Virus record (IMG/VR): IMGVR_UViG_3300032288_004906
Location: 1 to 44,092 of that record
Length of the DNA: 44,092 nt
Source: a virus
Lineage: Duplodnaviria > Caudoviricetes
Strand: one strand, 5' to 3'
The notes under the pieces are model-generated. The model ran no database searches and was not told the DNA's origin. It was given only the letters and a program-made list of their open reading frames with translations. Below, one piece after another: positions 28,901 through 37,556 of this stretch. Position 1 is the first letter of the stretch, and each line of letters starts with the position of its first letter. The position numbers and the translations under genes were made by a program.

Positions 28901-30737
28901 TTGGAACCAGTGGGGCACGTTCCTGACTGGCAAGCAAGACGGCCACGTTCTCCACCTGACCAACAATGACCCGGACGGAACTGTCGATGATCCAGCCGAT
29001 CAGGCCACCGGAAGGACGCCTTACTACACGCACCCATTCTCCCCCGTGAACGTCGGCGAGACTCTCTACCCGTACGCCGACTCAACGTCGTTTCGTCCGG
29101 CCATTCGCGAGGGTGAGTGGCAGGGGCACATTTACGTGCAGGGCGAGCAGCACGACGACCTGACGTACGCCTACCAGTTCACGTCTATGCCTTACGTCGA
29201 TCGCTGCGAGACAAACAAGGCGAACTGGAAAAACATGCTCGGGCGTTCGACGCTTCGCCAGTGGATTGAGGCCCCTTATGGAGACGACACTCTTGCCGGG
29301 ACGAGGAGCGTCCAGTCCCGCGACGCCGAGTTCACAGTTGTCGGGTACTTTGCGCCAGAAGAAAAAGTCCGCATTGGGTACATTTCTCACAAGCAGTATG
29401 GCGTCCCGTCTTCCTACGCAGGAACGGAAACGTACCCAGAGTCTGGCTGGTACTCAGCGTCCCGGTACGCGCAGACGTTTTTCTACTACTACATCGACGA
29501 CACAAATCGTCTCTTCCCTCCCGGGATGATGGCTGTGGCTGGTGAGGCCACGTGCGACGCCGACGGAAAGTTTACGTACACATTCAGCAGCACCTCCGTC
29601 AGCGGCGACCTGAGCCTGTATTTCCAGCCAGTGAATCCGCAGACCGGCCGAGGCCTGCTTGAGTACGTCCGATCTAAGGCGTCTCTGGACGACTGCAAGG
29701 AGCGGTGGGACGGCATCGCGAGTGTCTACGTCGTGCGGTCTATTCCGCAGCCAGTCCTGTCGCCAATCGCATCTTGGTATGGCGGCAGCCCGCCGCTGTC
29801 GGAGCACGCGGTCTCGGGCGGATACGTCGTGCGGCCTTCCGCCGCAGTCAATCTCGAACTCAGTAGTGTGGTCAAAGAGTCGTCGGTTGCCACTGGCTTT
29901 CGACTCATCAACGCCGCGACGGGGCAAGTTTTTTTAGATCACGGGCCGGGGTATTTCGGCGACGGGGCGTTCGCGACGGGTATCGTATCGCCAGCCCAGA
30001 TGCAGGTCGTTTTTTCGGGCAAGGCAAAACACGGGGATGTCATTCAGATAGCCGCGATTGTGTTTGATGACCTCGGCAACGAATCTCCCCCCGCGACCCT
30101 GAGCGGCCTGATCCGGCTTGACGGCGTGGCCCCAGCCGTCACCGGCCTCGCGGTGAACGGCATCCCTGCGGATGGCACGGTGATTCTCAATGATGTCAGC
30201 ACTCAGTCTCCGGTCGTGGTGTCCGGATTCACTGAGCCGGGGTGCAAAGTCTCGATCGGAACGTCGGCTGAGACTGCCGGGGACACTGTGACCTCGGCAG
30301 GCACGGTTACTGTCTCGTCTGTGACTGGCGACGGGGCTTTTGCTCTTAGCACGCAAGTGTTCTCTTCGCTTTCGCTCGGAGACGCGATGGGGCGAACGCT
30401 CTTTGTGACCGATGTTGCGAAGAACTTCACTCAGCGATCGGTCTCCGTGTGGAACCGGCTTCCTGTTGTCGTGTCAGCGACCATCTCCGGCGGGTCTCTC
30501 GAATGCAAGTTGAATTATGTTCAAAAGAATGCAACGGCGTCATTCACGTTCTTGCGGAGCGACGGCGCGTCATCTCCTGTGCTCACGCCCGCCATCGAAG
30601 GAGAGACTGGAGAGGTGATAGCAACATTCGTTGACACTGGTTTTTCGGTAGACTTTACATACGGCGTTCAGATCAGCGTCGTGCTTCCAAACGGGCAGTC
30701 CGTCTTCTCGGAGCAACGCAATGTGGTGCCAGCCTGA
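25911..30737 (+). CDS. Large tail/receptor-binding-type protein with C-terminal Ig-like repeats (~1608 aa)
   Basis: Probable GTG start at 25911; hydrophobic N-terminus then CCHC; Tyr/Thr/Ser-rich; DDLGNES, DGVAP, VSGFTEPG, TDVAKN resemble Big-domain motifs. Confidence 0.6.
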   Translation: MEPLSLVVWAVFLYSLSMFPLGIMLGSTCCHCDNRVECFSPTHRCFRTLRTYPDGRKTASSTVDYVHFGHSYLNGLSYSTPSVSYGTSANPRLPYSAGVFSSHESFQFQYSFRVRYAHQLSRDESATITPALAVRGNAHLVSGQCTIGPIITAPVSLAKSPSIVMHGWDFPLLDYTSEIWLDYVSTTGGARFYQSNLREWKKYAAWSRHAVVSHAVVGLELIGDGVAAAATAEQIRSLLQIQVDADGSYAYSATIPAGMFDYTAGYGAVKWTVRVSHGTAFHDEIVGADVWSLAAPDPSAPAPPLLTSGVHIQPPSASNEAPPTSYFDEVTGTLHVWPATRSDVEVEHGPFTFAGSQSQLVVVQSITATSYTVSPNPMGWTTNSSGKIINPSSTVAVVTEIQGSVTFPQGAYFHRPIANLFDMTPCYTRDTSAVAAYMAGEAGLVYSVVQYGEQRDEEYRLDADNPLCGLPLTHLPASLLPESVTVTRTDGEPLYETVCDDCPSTVSMKRTNNEVYFYPAADIHNTGSGRNRTYAGGNTWYYYYGYLGDHAATPFAISLAEVVGHTDAVAYLDSFYADTVDVSLWLSTADTSVAVTAEIGGEDFPEGFDTPLVKHVTEHEATPRTIAVHGHKGVYPHSSYKVEVEISDVEVVTAWEDTSYAQDYDVNRYWVVNGRVTTEPSPGWPSYDQLDYITGSYPNQPQFDLPNDKKDEIIDAIKALDPFVDEAFLSDSGQYNFYSPSQTIAISWRYDGADGGQTLYRRLKCDGTFLTEPSIGRTPGLTLSEPPPQPSGGGHIYRFSSAWGSTQYYLWTTGHPNHINLIDNIPDPPEEIPAESRSFPYINYSGAYGSTFVLPTLVVPLPPNDEDTYEIAFYQCLSTLTSDSDPPKEPYTLQWINWNPPQPTVNGQVTVPGSPLQSQGIYLLKITLSVAVTKGDPPADSCGISVAVGKPETSVDEPLSKEDVTFTFSTDCTLPSTFRGHVWPHAGVPHSYYWNYYWNQWGTFLTGKQDGHVLHLTNNDPDGTVDDPADQATGRTPYYTHPFSPVNVGETLYPYADSTSFRPAIREGEWQGHIYVQGEQHDDLTYAYQFTSMPYVDRCETNKANWKNMLGRSTLRQWIEAPYGDDTLAGTRSVQSRDAEFTVVGYFAPEEKVRIGYISHKQYGVPSSYAGTETYPESGWYSASRYAQTFFYYYIDDTNRLFPPGMMAVAGEATCDADGKFTYTFSSTSVSGDLSLYFQPVNPQTGRGLLEYVRSKASLDDCKERWDGIASVYVVRSIPQPVLSPIASWYGGSPPLSEHAVSGGYVVRPSAAVNLELSSVVKESSVATGFRLINAATGQVFLDHGPGYFGDGAFATGIVSPAQMQVVFSGKAKHGDVIQIAAIVFDDLGNESPPATLSGLIRLDGVAPAVTGLAVNGIPADGTVILNDVSTQSPVVVSGFTEPGCKVSIGTSAETAGDTVTSAGTVTVSSVTGDGAFALSTQVFSSLSLGDAMGRTLFVTDVAKNFTQRSVSVWNRLPVVVSATISGGSLECKLNYVQKNATASFTFLRSDGASSPVLTPAIEGETGEVIATFVDTGFSVDFTYGVQISVVLPNGQSVFSEQRNVVPA

Positions 30738-31146
30738 CGGCGAGGATGGGCCGTGCCAGAGGTGCGGGCGAAGGGTCACGCCGAAAGGCAGCCGCCAGAG
30801 GTGCGTGACCGAGGCAGACCGTGCCAAGACGATCCACAAGATGATGCACGGCCACCGCATCAAGGTTCCGTCTCCACGCATCGGGGACAAGGTCGGCGCC
30901 GCCCTTGCCGCCGTCGGGATCACCGAAGATCGGGTGAAGAAACTCTTCCGGGTCAAGGACTGTGGGTGCTCTGATAGGAAGAAGTCGCTGAATGACGTCT
31001 CCGAGGAACTGGCGTTCCGGACCGAGGTCGTCCTCAATCGGGCCCTCGACTTCTTCCTCGGAGACATGGTGAGCGAGGAGGCGGAGCGGATGGCTCGCAA
31101 ACTCACCGAGAGACTCGACCGACGACAGGAGTCACGCCAGCCATGA
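30721..31146 (+). CDS. Cys-rich hypothetical protein
   Basis: CxxC and KDCGCSDRKKSLN; overlaps neighbours. Confidence 0.6.
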   Translation: MWCQPDGEDGPCQRCGRRVTPKGSRQRCVTEADRAKTIHKMMHGHRIKVPSPRIGDKVGAALAAVGITEDRVKKLFRVKDCGCSDRKKSLNDVSEELAFRTEVVLNRALDFFLGDMVSEEAERMARKLTERLDRRQESRQP

Positions 31147-31418
31147 CCGAGGATCATCACTTCCGAGTCAACGGTGGAGAGCGGTGGCTCTGGCGGTACT
31201 CTTCGCTCAAGGGAAACGCGGTAGGTTGGACAGAATGGAACAAGAAAAAAGTTCTCATTCACAACAAACTGAAGAAGAGTAGAACAAGGCTGGAGACCGA
31301 GTTGCACGAGGGGCTGCACATGACCCTCGGCCAGACCATCAGCGAGGAAGCCGTCACGTCGTCGGCGCACGACCTTGCCAAGATTTTGTGGGCCCTTGGA
31401 TACAGGATTCAGGAGTGA
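31143..31418 (+). CDS. Small HExxH metallopeptidase-like protein
   Basis: LETELHEGLH...SEEAV. Confidence 0.6.
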   Translation: MTEDHHFRVNGGERWLWRYSSLKGNAVGWTEWNKKKVLIHNKLKKSRTRLETELHEGLHMTLGQTISEEAVTSSAHDLAKILWALGYRIQE

Positions 31419-31666
31419 AGAAAAAGGATTTTGCTTCGCTGGTCGACATGCACATCGAGTTCCGGTCGACCGGGTACAGGTCATGGTTTGATTCGCTCGA
31501 CGAGGACGCCAAGTCGCAGTTGTCGGCGATCAAGGACCGTTTCCGCAGCGGTGGCTACGGAGACGCGAGCAAGGCGGCTGTCGCGAGGGCGGTAGCATCA
31601 GCGGCGAAGGAACAAGGATGGAAAACCGCAGGCATACAGGCGGTGATCGCATGGCTCGGAAAATAG
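31415..31666 (+). CDS. Hypothetical protein
   Basis: Probable GTGA-coupled start; helical 83 aa. Confidence 0.55.
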   Translation: MKKKDFASLVDMHIEFRSTGYRSWFDSLDEDAKSQLSAIKDRFRSGGYGDASKAAVARAVASAAKEQGWKTAGIQAVIAWLGK

Positions 31667-32796
31667 CGGACGCGGTCGACGGATTCCTGTCCGTCGAGTC
31701 GCAGGTTGAGATCGCGAGACTCAAGTCTCAGGTGGCGTCACTGCGGTCGCAGTACAAATCGGCCATCGCGGCCGTGTCTGCCGAACGGGACAGGGCCGAC
31801 TCTCTGGCGTCGCTGGCTGGCATCAAGCCACGGCGGTCGACGAGGGCGTCATCCCGGAAATCGCCCAGTGACGCAACGGCGATCGTTCTCCTCTCAGACT
31901 GGCACGTCGAGGAGCGAGTGCCCAGCGAGTCCGTCATGGGGAAGAACTTCTTCACGCTCGACGTAGCGGACAGGCGGATCGCCGAACTGTCGGACCGCAT
32001 GGAGACGCTCATCACGCACGAGCGTCATCTTGCCAAGATCGACCGGATCGTGATCGCCGCGATTGGGGACTTCATCTCGAACATGATCCATGAGGATCAG
32101 GCCGAGATGGCTCAACTTCCGCCACTGGCGGCGACGCGGTGGGCTGGCGAGAGGCTCCGTGGAATCATCGACCGTGCCGCCGGTCTCGCCGACGAGGTGA
32201 TCGTGGTGACCGCCGTCGGCAATCACGGGAGGACGACCCCCAAGCAGCGGATGGGGGCAACAGAGCAGGAGATGTCGTACGAGCAGAACCTGTACGAGAT
32301 GATGGCCGCGTACGAGCCGAACGACAACGTCACGTGGCAGATCGGTCGCGGCTACCTGAATGTCGTCGATCTTGATGGGTTTAAAGTCGCCTTCCATCAC
32401 GGGCACGCGATCAGCGGCAACATCCACATCGGCGCGACGAAGGCCATCGCCCAGTGGCAGCGATCCAACCCAGTCGATTTCCACTGCTTCGGCCACCACC
32501 ACCAGTTCTCGTACTGCCGTGGAAAATACATGTCCAACGGCAGCCTGATCGGCTATAACGCGTACGCCCTGCGATGCCGTTGCGAATACGAGCCCCCGTG
32601 TCAATCGCTCGCGGTGGTCTGCCACCGACGCAACGAGGTGACGAGGGCGATCCCAATCTTTTGCGACCGAGACCTACAGGAGAAGGACCGATGCCAGCGG
32701 AAGGCTTCATCACGAACATCGAAGCGACGAACCAGTCCATCCGGGAGATCGTCGAGGCGAGAAACAAAAAGCGGTACTGTTGTACGGATACGGTGA
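31651..32796 (+). CDS. Calcineurin-like metallophosphoesterase
   Basis: LSDWH, IGDF, GNHGR, HHGH, GHHH motifs; probable ATG at 31651. Confidence 0.88.
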   Translation: MARKIADAVDGFLSVESQVEIARLKSQVASLRSQYKSAIAAVSAERDRADSLASLAGIKPRRSTRASSRKSPSDATAIVLLSDWHVEERVPSESVMGKNFFTLDVADRRIAELSDRMETLITHERHLAKIDRIVIAAIGDFISNMIHEDQAEMAQLPPLAATRWAGERLRGIIDRAAGLADEVIVVTAVGNHGRTTPKQRMGATEQEMSYEQNLYEMMAAYEPNDNVTWQIGRGYLNVVDLDGFKVAFHHGHAISGNIHIGATKAIAQWQRSNPVDFHCFGHHHQFSYCRGKYMSNGSLIGYNAYALRCRCEYEPPCQSLAVVCHRRNEVTRAIPIFCDRDLQEKDRCQRKASSRTSKRRTSPSGRSSRRETKSGTVVRIR

Positions 32797-33212
32797 CTCT
32801 GGAGAACTCGGCGAACCAGACGGTCACGTCCTTCCCTGACGAACTCGACGGCGACGGCGACGACGACTACCTGAACATCGACACGGCGAACCCGCTGCCC
32901 GGTGCGTTCGCCGTGGGTGGGTCGCCGGAGTTTCTGCAAATCCTCGACGAGATCCGTGCCCTGCACATCGCGAAGAGCAAGGACTACGGCGTCGACGAAG
33001 ACCCACTCGCCAACATCCGTGCCGGGGCCGACCTGATTGGCATCGACGACTGGAAGGCCTGCCTCATCAGGATCGCTGACAAGGTCACGAGGCTGAGGAC
33101 GTTCTGCCACAAGGGCTACGTCCAGTTCGACGGAATCGACGACACACTGAAAGACCTCGCAGCCTATTCCGTGTTAGCCCTAGTTTTCTATCGTGCAAAA
33201 CACCAACCTTGA
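32691..33212 (+). CDS. Nucleotide-modification-associated (DUF1599/Nmad1-like) protein
   Basis: KSKDYG...PLANIR...RIADKVTRL...DTLKDLAAYSVL; ATG at 32691 after AGGAGAAGGA. Confidence 0.7.
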   Translation: MPAEGFITNIEATNQSIREIVEARNKKRYCCTDTVTLENSANQTVTSFPDELDGDGDDDYLNIDTANPLPGAFAVGGSPEFLQILDEIRALHIAKSKDYGVDEDPLANIRAGADLIGIDDWKACLIRIADKVTRLRTFCHKGYVQFDGIDDTLKDLAAYSVLALVFYRAKHQP

Positions 33213-33681
33213 GAGGCTCCGCCTCGCGTACCTGTTTGCACGGCAGCGGTCCGACGACCCGGACACCCAGAACGGTGCCGTGCTCGTGTCCGCCGACGGT
33301 CACATGGCCTACGGTGCGAACCGGCTCCCGTCCGGCGTGTGCAGGCGAGACGACAGGCTCGTGAGGCCAACAAAGTACGTGTTCCTCGAACACGCCGAGA
33401 GAGACGCAATCTTCTCGGCAGCGGCCACCGGCGTCCGAACACGCGGGGCCACCCTCTACTGCCCGTGGTTCGCATGCCCGGACTGTGCGAGGGCGATCAT
33501 TCAGGCTGGCGTGGCCGAGGTCGTCGGCCACGAGAGGCCGTTCTCGCTGACACCAGACAGGTGGATTGATTCGATCGAAATCGCCCGCATGATGCTCGAC
33601 GAGGCGGGGGTGCTTCAGACCATAATCGGAGGAGACGTCGGCGTCTCGATCCGGTTCGACGGACGCGACGTCGTCATGTAG
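33193..33681 (+). CDS. dCMP deaminase
   Basis: SDDPDTQNGAV, HAERDAI, CPDCARAIIQAG. Confidence 0.9.
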   Translation: MQNTNLERLRLAYLFARQRSDDPDTQNGAVLVSADGHMAYGANRLPSGVCRRDDRLVRPTKYVFLEHAERDAIFSAAATGVRTRGATLYCPWFACPDCARAIIQAGVAEVVGHERPFSLTPDRWIDSIEIARMMLDEAGVLQTIIGGDVGVSIRFDGRDVVM

Positions 33682-33717
33682 CACACCTGCGGGGCGGGAG
33701 CGGCTCGCCGACCTCGC

Positions 33718-34617
33718 CTACCCCGGCGAGTCGCCCCCCGCAGGCTTGTGCAGAGGGGGCAGAACGTGCGACGGCGGCGTCCCCAGTTCCGTATACCGGG
33801 GATCGAGGTATGCCCTCGTGATCTTGGGGCTGCTGTGATCGAGCAGTTGGGTTGGATTGCCACCGGCGGCAGCGTAAAAACTCGCGGCGCAGCGTCTCAG
33901 TTGGTGGAATTTCGCCCGCCGTCCCCCGGGCAGCCCAGCCGCCTCGACGATGTCTCCAAACTTGCTCCAGAGGTACGTCCAGTTTCGGTCCCAGCGAAAA
34001 ATCTTGTCGTCCGGTGAATGCCCACGGCAGAGGTAGTTGACGAGGTCGCAGGTGTCGCTCGTCAGCGTGTACATCCGGTCTCGCTTCCCGCCTTTGCGGT
34101 GCTCCGCCCTCACGAGGAGCCGAGGGCTCTGCCAGTCGCCGACGGTCGTCCCCATGATGGCGGAGATCCTCTCAGCCGACTCGTAGAGCGTTGAGATCAA
34201 CGCCCGCCAAAAAATCCCTGCCGGTGCGTCCCCGATGATCCCCGGCGTCGCCCCCGCGACCGAGATCAGGTGCCTGAGTTGGTCGGCGCTCCAGACACTG
34301 GGGATTCGCTCAGGAAGCCGAGAGGCGGGGGGGACGCACGGGCGGCTGTCGACGATGCGTCTGTCGCTGGCGAACCGCCAGAGGCTGACGATCTGGTTCC
34401 TCTCCCGCTCTGCCGTGTATGGCGAGCGGACACTCGCCCGTGCAGAGAGGAATCGGGCCAGTTGCAGGTCGTCCAAGTCTCGCTCGACCTCGGCAGGACG
34501 GCCGAGGAACTTGTCGTACGACCGCAAGGTGCAGCGGTACAGGCGAGTCGTGTTCGGCGACTTGCCACGGAGCCGAAGGGGGCTGAAGTAGTCCTCGAAG
34601 AGTTCGCTGAGTTTCAT
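33718..34617 (-). CDS. Tyrosine recombinase / integrase
   Basis: Catalytic set R (SAERIS), K (RKGG), HxxR (HQLR), H (LDHSS), Y (TRAY). Confidence 0.9.
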   Translation of the reverse strand: MKLSELFEDYFSPLRLRGKSPNTTRLYRCTLRSYDKFLGRPAEVERDLDDLQLARFLSARASVRSPYTAERERNQIVSLWRFASDRRIVDSRPCVPPASRLPERIPSVWSADQLRHLISVAGATPGIIGDAPAGIFWRALISTLYESAERISAIMGTTVGDWQSPRLLVRAEHRKGGKRDRMYTLTSDTCDLVNYLCRGHSPDDKIFRWDRNWTYLWSKFGDIVEAAGLPGGRRAKFHQLRRCAASFYAAAGGNPTQLLDHSSPKITRAYLDPRYTELGTPPSHVLPPLHKPAGGDSPG

Positions 34618-34742
34618 CTAAGTGCATCTCCAGTGCTGTAGGGGGAGTATGCACATCCGTGTGAGGTAGTCGTCCTGAGTCAGGGGGGTAATCAAATTTT
34701 TTTCTTCTCGCCACACCTCGCGGTGGCCGCACAATCCATACC

Positions 34743-34783
34743 TGCGTAACGCCCGCCAGTTTTACGAGGTCGGGCGTTACGCA
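34743..34783. terminator. 13-bp perfect inverted repeat (hairpin) between the 34791 gene and the integrase
   Basis: TGCGTAACGCCCG / CGGGCGTTACGCA; no clear U-tract, so terminator function is uncertain. Confidence 0.4.
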
Positions 34784-34790
34784 CGGTTGG

Positions 34791-35087
34791 TCAACGAGAC
34801 TTGCTTGGCGACCGTCTCCTGCCCTTGTGGTCGCCCTTCACGATTGTCCTGATGTCCTCTCCGAGGGCCATCGCTGAAAACTCAACGTCGCGGCGGTCAC
34901 GAATCCCGGTGGCCTCGCAGTAAATGTGATACGGCAAGACCTCGTGAACGATCGTGCGGACAGCGGGGTCGCTGATGCGGCCGATTCTCCGCACGATGAG
35001 CGACGTGATCCGCTCGATGTCCTTGTTGATGTCACCGGTCAGCGGCTCAGGCTGCACGGATTTGACGTCATCCCAAAACGGTTTCAT
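34791..35087 (-). CDS. Hypothetical protein
   Basis: ATG at 35087 preceded by AGGAGGAAGAG; MKPFWDDVKSV... Confidence 0.65.
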   Translation of the reverse strand: MKPFWDDVKSVQPEPLTGDINKDIERITSLIVRRIGRISDPAVRTIVHEVLPYHIYCEATGIRDRRDVEFSAMALGEDIRTIVKGDHKGRRRSPSKSR

Positions 35088-35178
35088 CTGACTCTTCCTC
35101 CTGTAGTGACTGCGCCGGTCCGGCAATCGTTCCGGCTGCCCACAAGAATGGCACCCCCGCCATTCGACTGTCAAACGT

Positions 35179-35211
35179 AAAACCAGCCGCCCCTGTCCGG
35201 CGGCTGGTTTT
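35179..35211. terminator. Bidirectional terminator-like hairpin in the divergent intergenic region
   Basis: AAAACCAGCCGCC-7nt-GGCGGCTGGTTTT. Confidence 0.6.
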
Positions 35212-35244
35212 TAGGATCGAAGTACGGACAGTAGGAGCGGGAAA

Positions 35245-35721
35245 ATGGCGTACTACAGGCCCATTTCGGTGAACGAGGCGGCTGATGTTGCTGGGTTGTC
35301 GGTGTCGTCGATTCTGAAGCGGATTCGGACCGGACAGGCTGTGTGCGTGAGCCTCAGCAACAAGGGCTGGATGCTGTGCCGAGAGCAAATGGCTGGACAG
35401 CCGTACTCGGACGCGGCGTTCCTCCGGCTCTGCCGCCGGTACGTGTCCGTGCCCGAGGCGTGCCGGATCGTAAAGAAGACGGACGCCAGCGTGATCCGAG
35501 ACTTGAAAAGCGGAAAACTCTCCGGGTTTAGGCTCAACGAGAAGGCGTGGGCCGTCGACCGCGCCTCAGCAGAGAGGGACATCGCCGAGTATCTCGCCTC
35601 CGGCGGCGAGGGGCGGCTGGGCAGGAAGCGAAACCTGCACGCGGAACACCACCCGACGCGGCTGAAACGTAGACGAGCCGTTGACCGCAAGAAAAAGCGA
35701 ACTACAATTGCAACGAGGTAA
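35245..35721 (+). CDS. Tandem HTH (excisionase/MerR-like) DNA-binding protein
   Basis: Two repeats: ISVNEAADVAGLSVSSILKRIRTG and VSVPEACRIVKKTDASVIRDLKSGKL. Confidence 0.8.
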   Translation: MAYYRPISVNEAADVAGLSVSSILKRIRTGQAVCVSLSNKGWMLCREQMAGQPYSDAAFLRLCRRYVSVPEACRIVKKTDASVIRDLKSGKLSGFRLNEKAWAVDRASAERDIAEYLASGGEGRLGRKRNLHAEHHPTRLKRRRAVDRKKKRTTIATR

Positions 35722-35726
35722 CGATT

Positions 35727-35933
35727 GTGGAAATCCTGACGACCGTCGAAGCGTCGATCCTGTACGAGACGTCCCCCTCCTCGATCTCCCGCGCCGCCCG
35801 CAAGGCTGGCGTGGGGGTCAGGAGGGCGGACGGTCGCCTCGTCGGCATTAGTCGCAACGACCTCAAGAAGATCGAGAAACTGCTGCGGTACAAGGCCGGA
35901 AACCCGAACTGGAGCAAGAAGGGTCATGCATAA
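35727..35933 (+). CDS. Small HTH-like protein
   Basis: LTTVEASILYETSPSSISRAAR. Confidence 0.6.
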   Translation: MEILTTVEASILYETSPSSISRAARKAGVGVRRADGRLVGISRNDLKKIEKLLRYKAGNPNWSKKGHA

Positions 35934-36786
35934 GGTCTTCTACTCGCCGCAGTATTGCGCCGCCTCGTACGCGTTCGACACGACCCGCAAGGCGTCGTGG
36001 ATCGCCGAGAGCCTCGCCACGAGCCCCGTCGACGGCGTCGTCGTCTGCGAGCCGCAGCCGGTGTCGGTCGAGACGGTCGCCGAGACCCACAGCCGTGAGT
36101 ACGTCGACGCCATCGCCACCGGCTCGCCGTGGAGTCTGGCGTCCTCGCAGGGGTTCCGGTGGTGCGAGGGCCTGCTGCCGTCCGTCCTGTCGAGCACGGG
36201 AGGCGTAGTCGAGGCCGTCCGGGCGGCACTGTCCGACGGGATCGCCGGGTCGCTGTCGAGCGGCATGCACCACGCCCGCCGCGAGGCTGGTCTGGGGTTC
36301 TGCACGTTCAACGGTCTGGTCATCGCCGCCAAAGTGTCCGGCTGCCGGAACGTCCTCATCCTCGACGCGGACGCCCATGGCGGCGGCGGCACCCAGTCTC
36401 TTATTTCCGGAGATGTACGGATACGACAACTCGACCTCGTGGTCGACCCGTTCGACGTCCACGGCGAGTCGATCGTGATCGAGAAGCGGGAGGACTACCT
36501 GCCTGCACTCGTGTGCTCGCTCGATCTGGTCAAGACTCCTGACCTCGTCATCTACAACGCCGGGATGGACGTCTTCGAGCAGGACTGCGGATTCCTGACC
36601 GTCCAAGACATCGCCGCCCGGGAGTCGTTCGTCTTCCAGTGGTGCCACGAGCGTGGCGTCCCGATCGCATACGTGATGGCGGGCGGGTACACGGGCCAAA
36701 CGACCCGCGAGAGGCTCGTGGCCCTGCACCGCTGCACGATCAGGGCAGCGTCTCATTACTCGAACCTCAGGAGGGCGGCAGCATGA
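35926..36786 (+). CDS. Histone deacetylase-family (Zn-dependent) hydrolase
   Basis: GMHHA, GFCTFN, ILDADAHGGGGT, YNAGMD, AGGY. Confidence 0.9.
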   Translation: MHKVFYSPQYCAASYAFDTTRKASWIAESLATSPVDGVVVCEPQPVSVETVAETHSREYVDAIATGSPWSLASSQGFRWCEGLLPSVLSSTGGVVEAVRAALSDGIAGSLSSGMHHARREAGLGFCTFNGLVIAAKVSGCRNVLILDADAHGGGGTQSLISGDVRIRQLDLVVDPFDVHGESIVIEKREDYLPALVCSLDLVKTPDLVIYNAGMDVFEQDCGFLTVQDIAARESFVFQWCHERGVPIAYVMAGGYTGQTTRERLVALHRCTIRAASHYSNLRRAAA

Positions 36787-37187
36787 ACGCAATTCGCGTG
36801 ATTCATCCGTACTGGTGGGAAGGTTCGCTCGTGTTCGACGACGAAGACGTCGGACTCCGAAGGGAGCCGTTCGTGGCCGGGGCGGACGTCGTTCTGGGCC
36901 TGCTGGCGTCGAAGGTCGACGGCTGCACGTCCGGGTTCTGCCTGCGGTTCTCGGACCAGCCTTTCCCCGGCTACCAGTCCGTGATGGAGTGGGTGCGTCC
37001 CGAGTTCGACGGCAACTGGTACTCGTGCGAGGTCGACGGCGTGAAGTTCGACGGCTGGCTGTGCCCTGCCCTCGGCAAGTATTTCGACTCGGCCCCTGCC
37101 CGCATCTATCTGGAAATCTCCCGCAGCAAGAAGTCGATCGCGGACATCTGGGGGATCACGCGAGGCGAGAGGGACAACTACTCGTGA
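36783..37187 (+). CDS. Conserved hypothetical protein (DUF6717-like)
   Basis: VFDDEDVGLRREPFVAGAD...GNWY...GWLCPALGKYF. Confidence 0.7.
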   Translation: MNAIRVIHPYWWEGSLVFDDEDVGLRREPFVAGADVVLGLLASKVDGCTSGFCLRFSDQPFPGYQSVMEWVRPEFDGNWYSCEVDGVKFDGWLCPALGKYFDSAPARIYLEISRSKKSIADIWGITRGERDNYS

Positions 37188-37387
37188 GCAAGCCACGCAA
37201 GTTCGAGTCGAAGGAGATTCAGGCGAGGGGCGAGTGCCTCGTCGCCGACGGTGTCCGCGTCGTCGACATGAGACTGGATGTCTACGACGACGCGGCGTCG
37301 GTCCGGGAACTCACGCGGTTCGCGGACTGGATCAACAGGGCAACGCAATGGATGGCGGAAGGCAATGAGATGGATCCCGCTCTCTGA
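37184..37387 (+). CDS. Hypothetical protein
   Basis: GTGA-coupled start at 37184. Confidence 0.5.
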   Translation: MSKPRKFESKEIQARGECLVADGVRVVDMRLDVYDDAASVRELTRFADWINRATQWMAEGNEMDPAL

Positions 37388-37556
37388 ACGAGAGCCCCCT
37401 GAGTCTCGCGTGCTGGTCGCACGCAAGATGCCGAACGGGAACGAGTACATCGACGTGATGGTATGGATACCTGAGCCCGGGAGCGGCCTCCCGCCGCTGC
37501 CCAGCAAACTGCACGTCACGCACTGGATGCCGTTGCCGGAGTACCCAAACACATGA
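37365..37556 (+). CDS. DUF551-like protein
   Basis: WIPLSEREP...VTHWMPLPEYP. Confidence 0.75.
   Translation: MRWIPLSEREPPESRVLVARKMPNGNEYIDVMVWIPEPGSGLPPLPSKLHVTHWMPLPEYPNT

Noticed and set aside
30721-31666. Lysis cassette after the tail genes
   Set aside because: No recognisable endolysin, holin or spanin motifs
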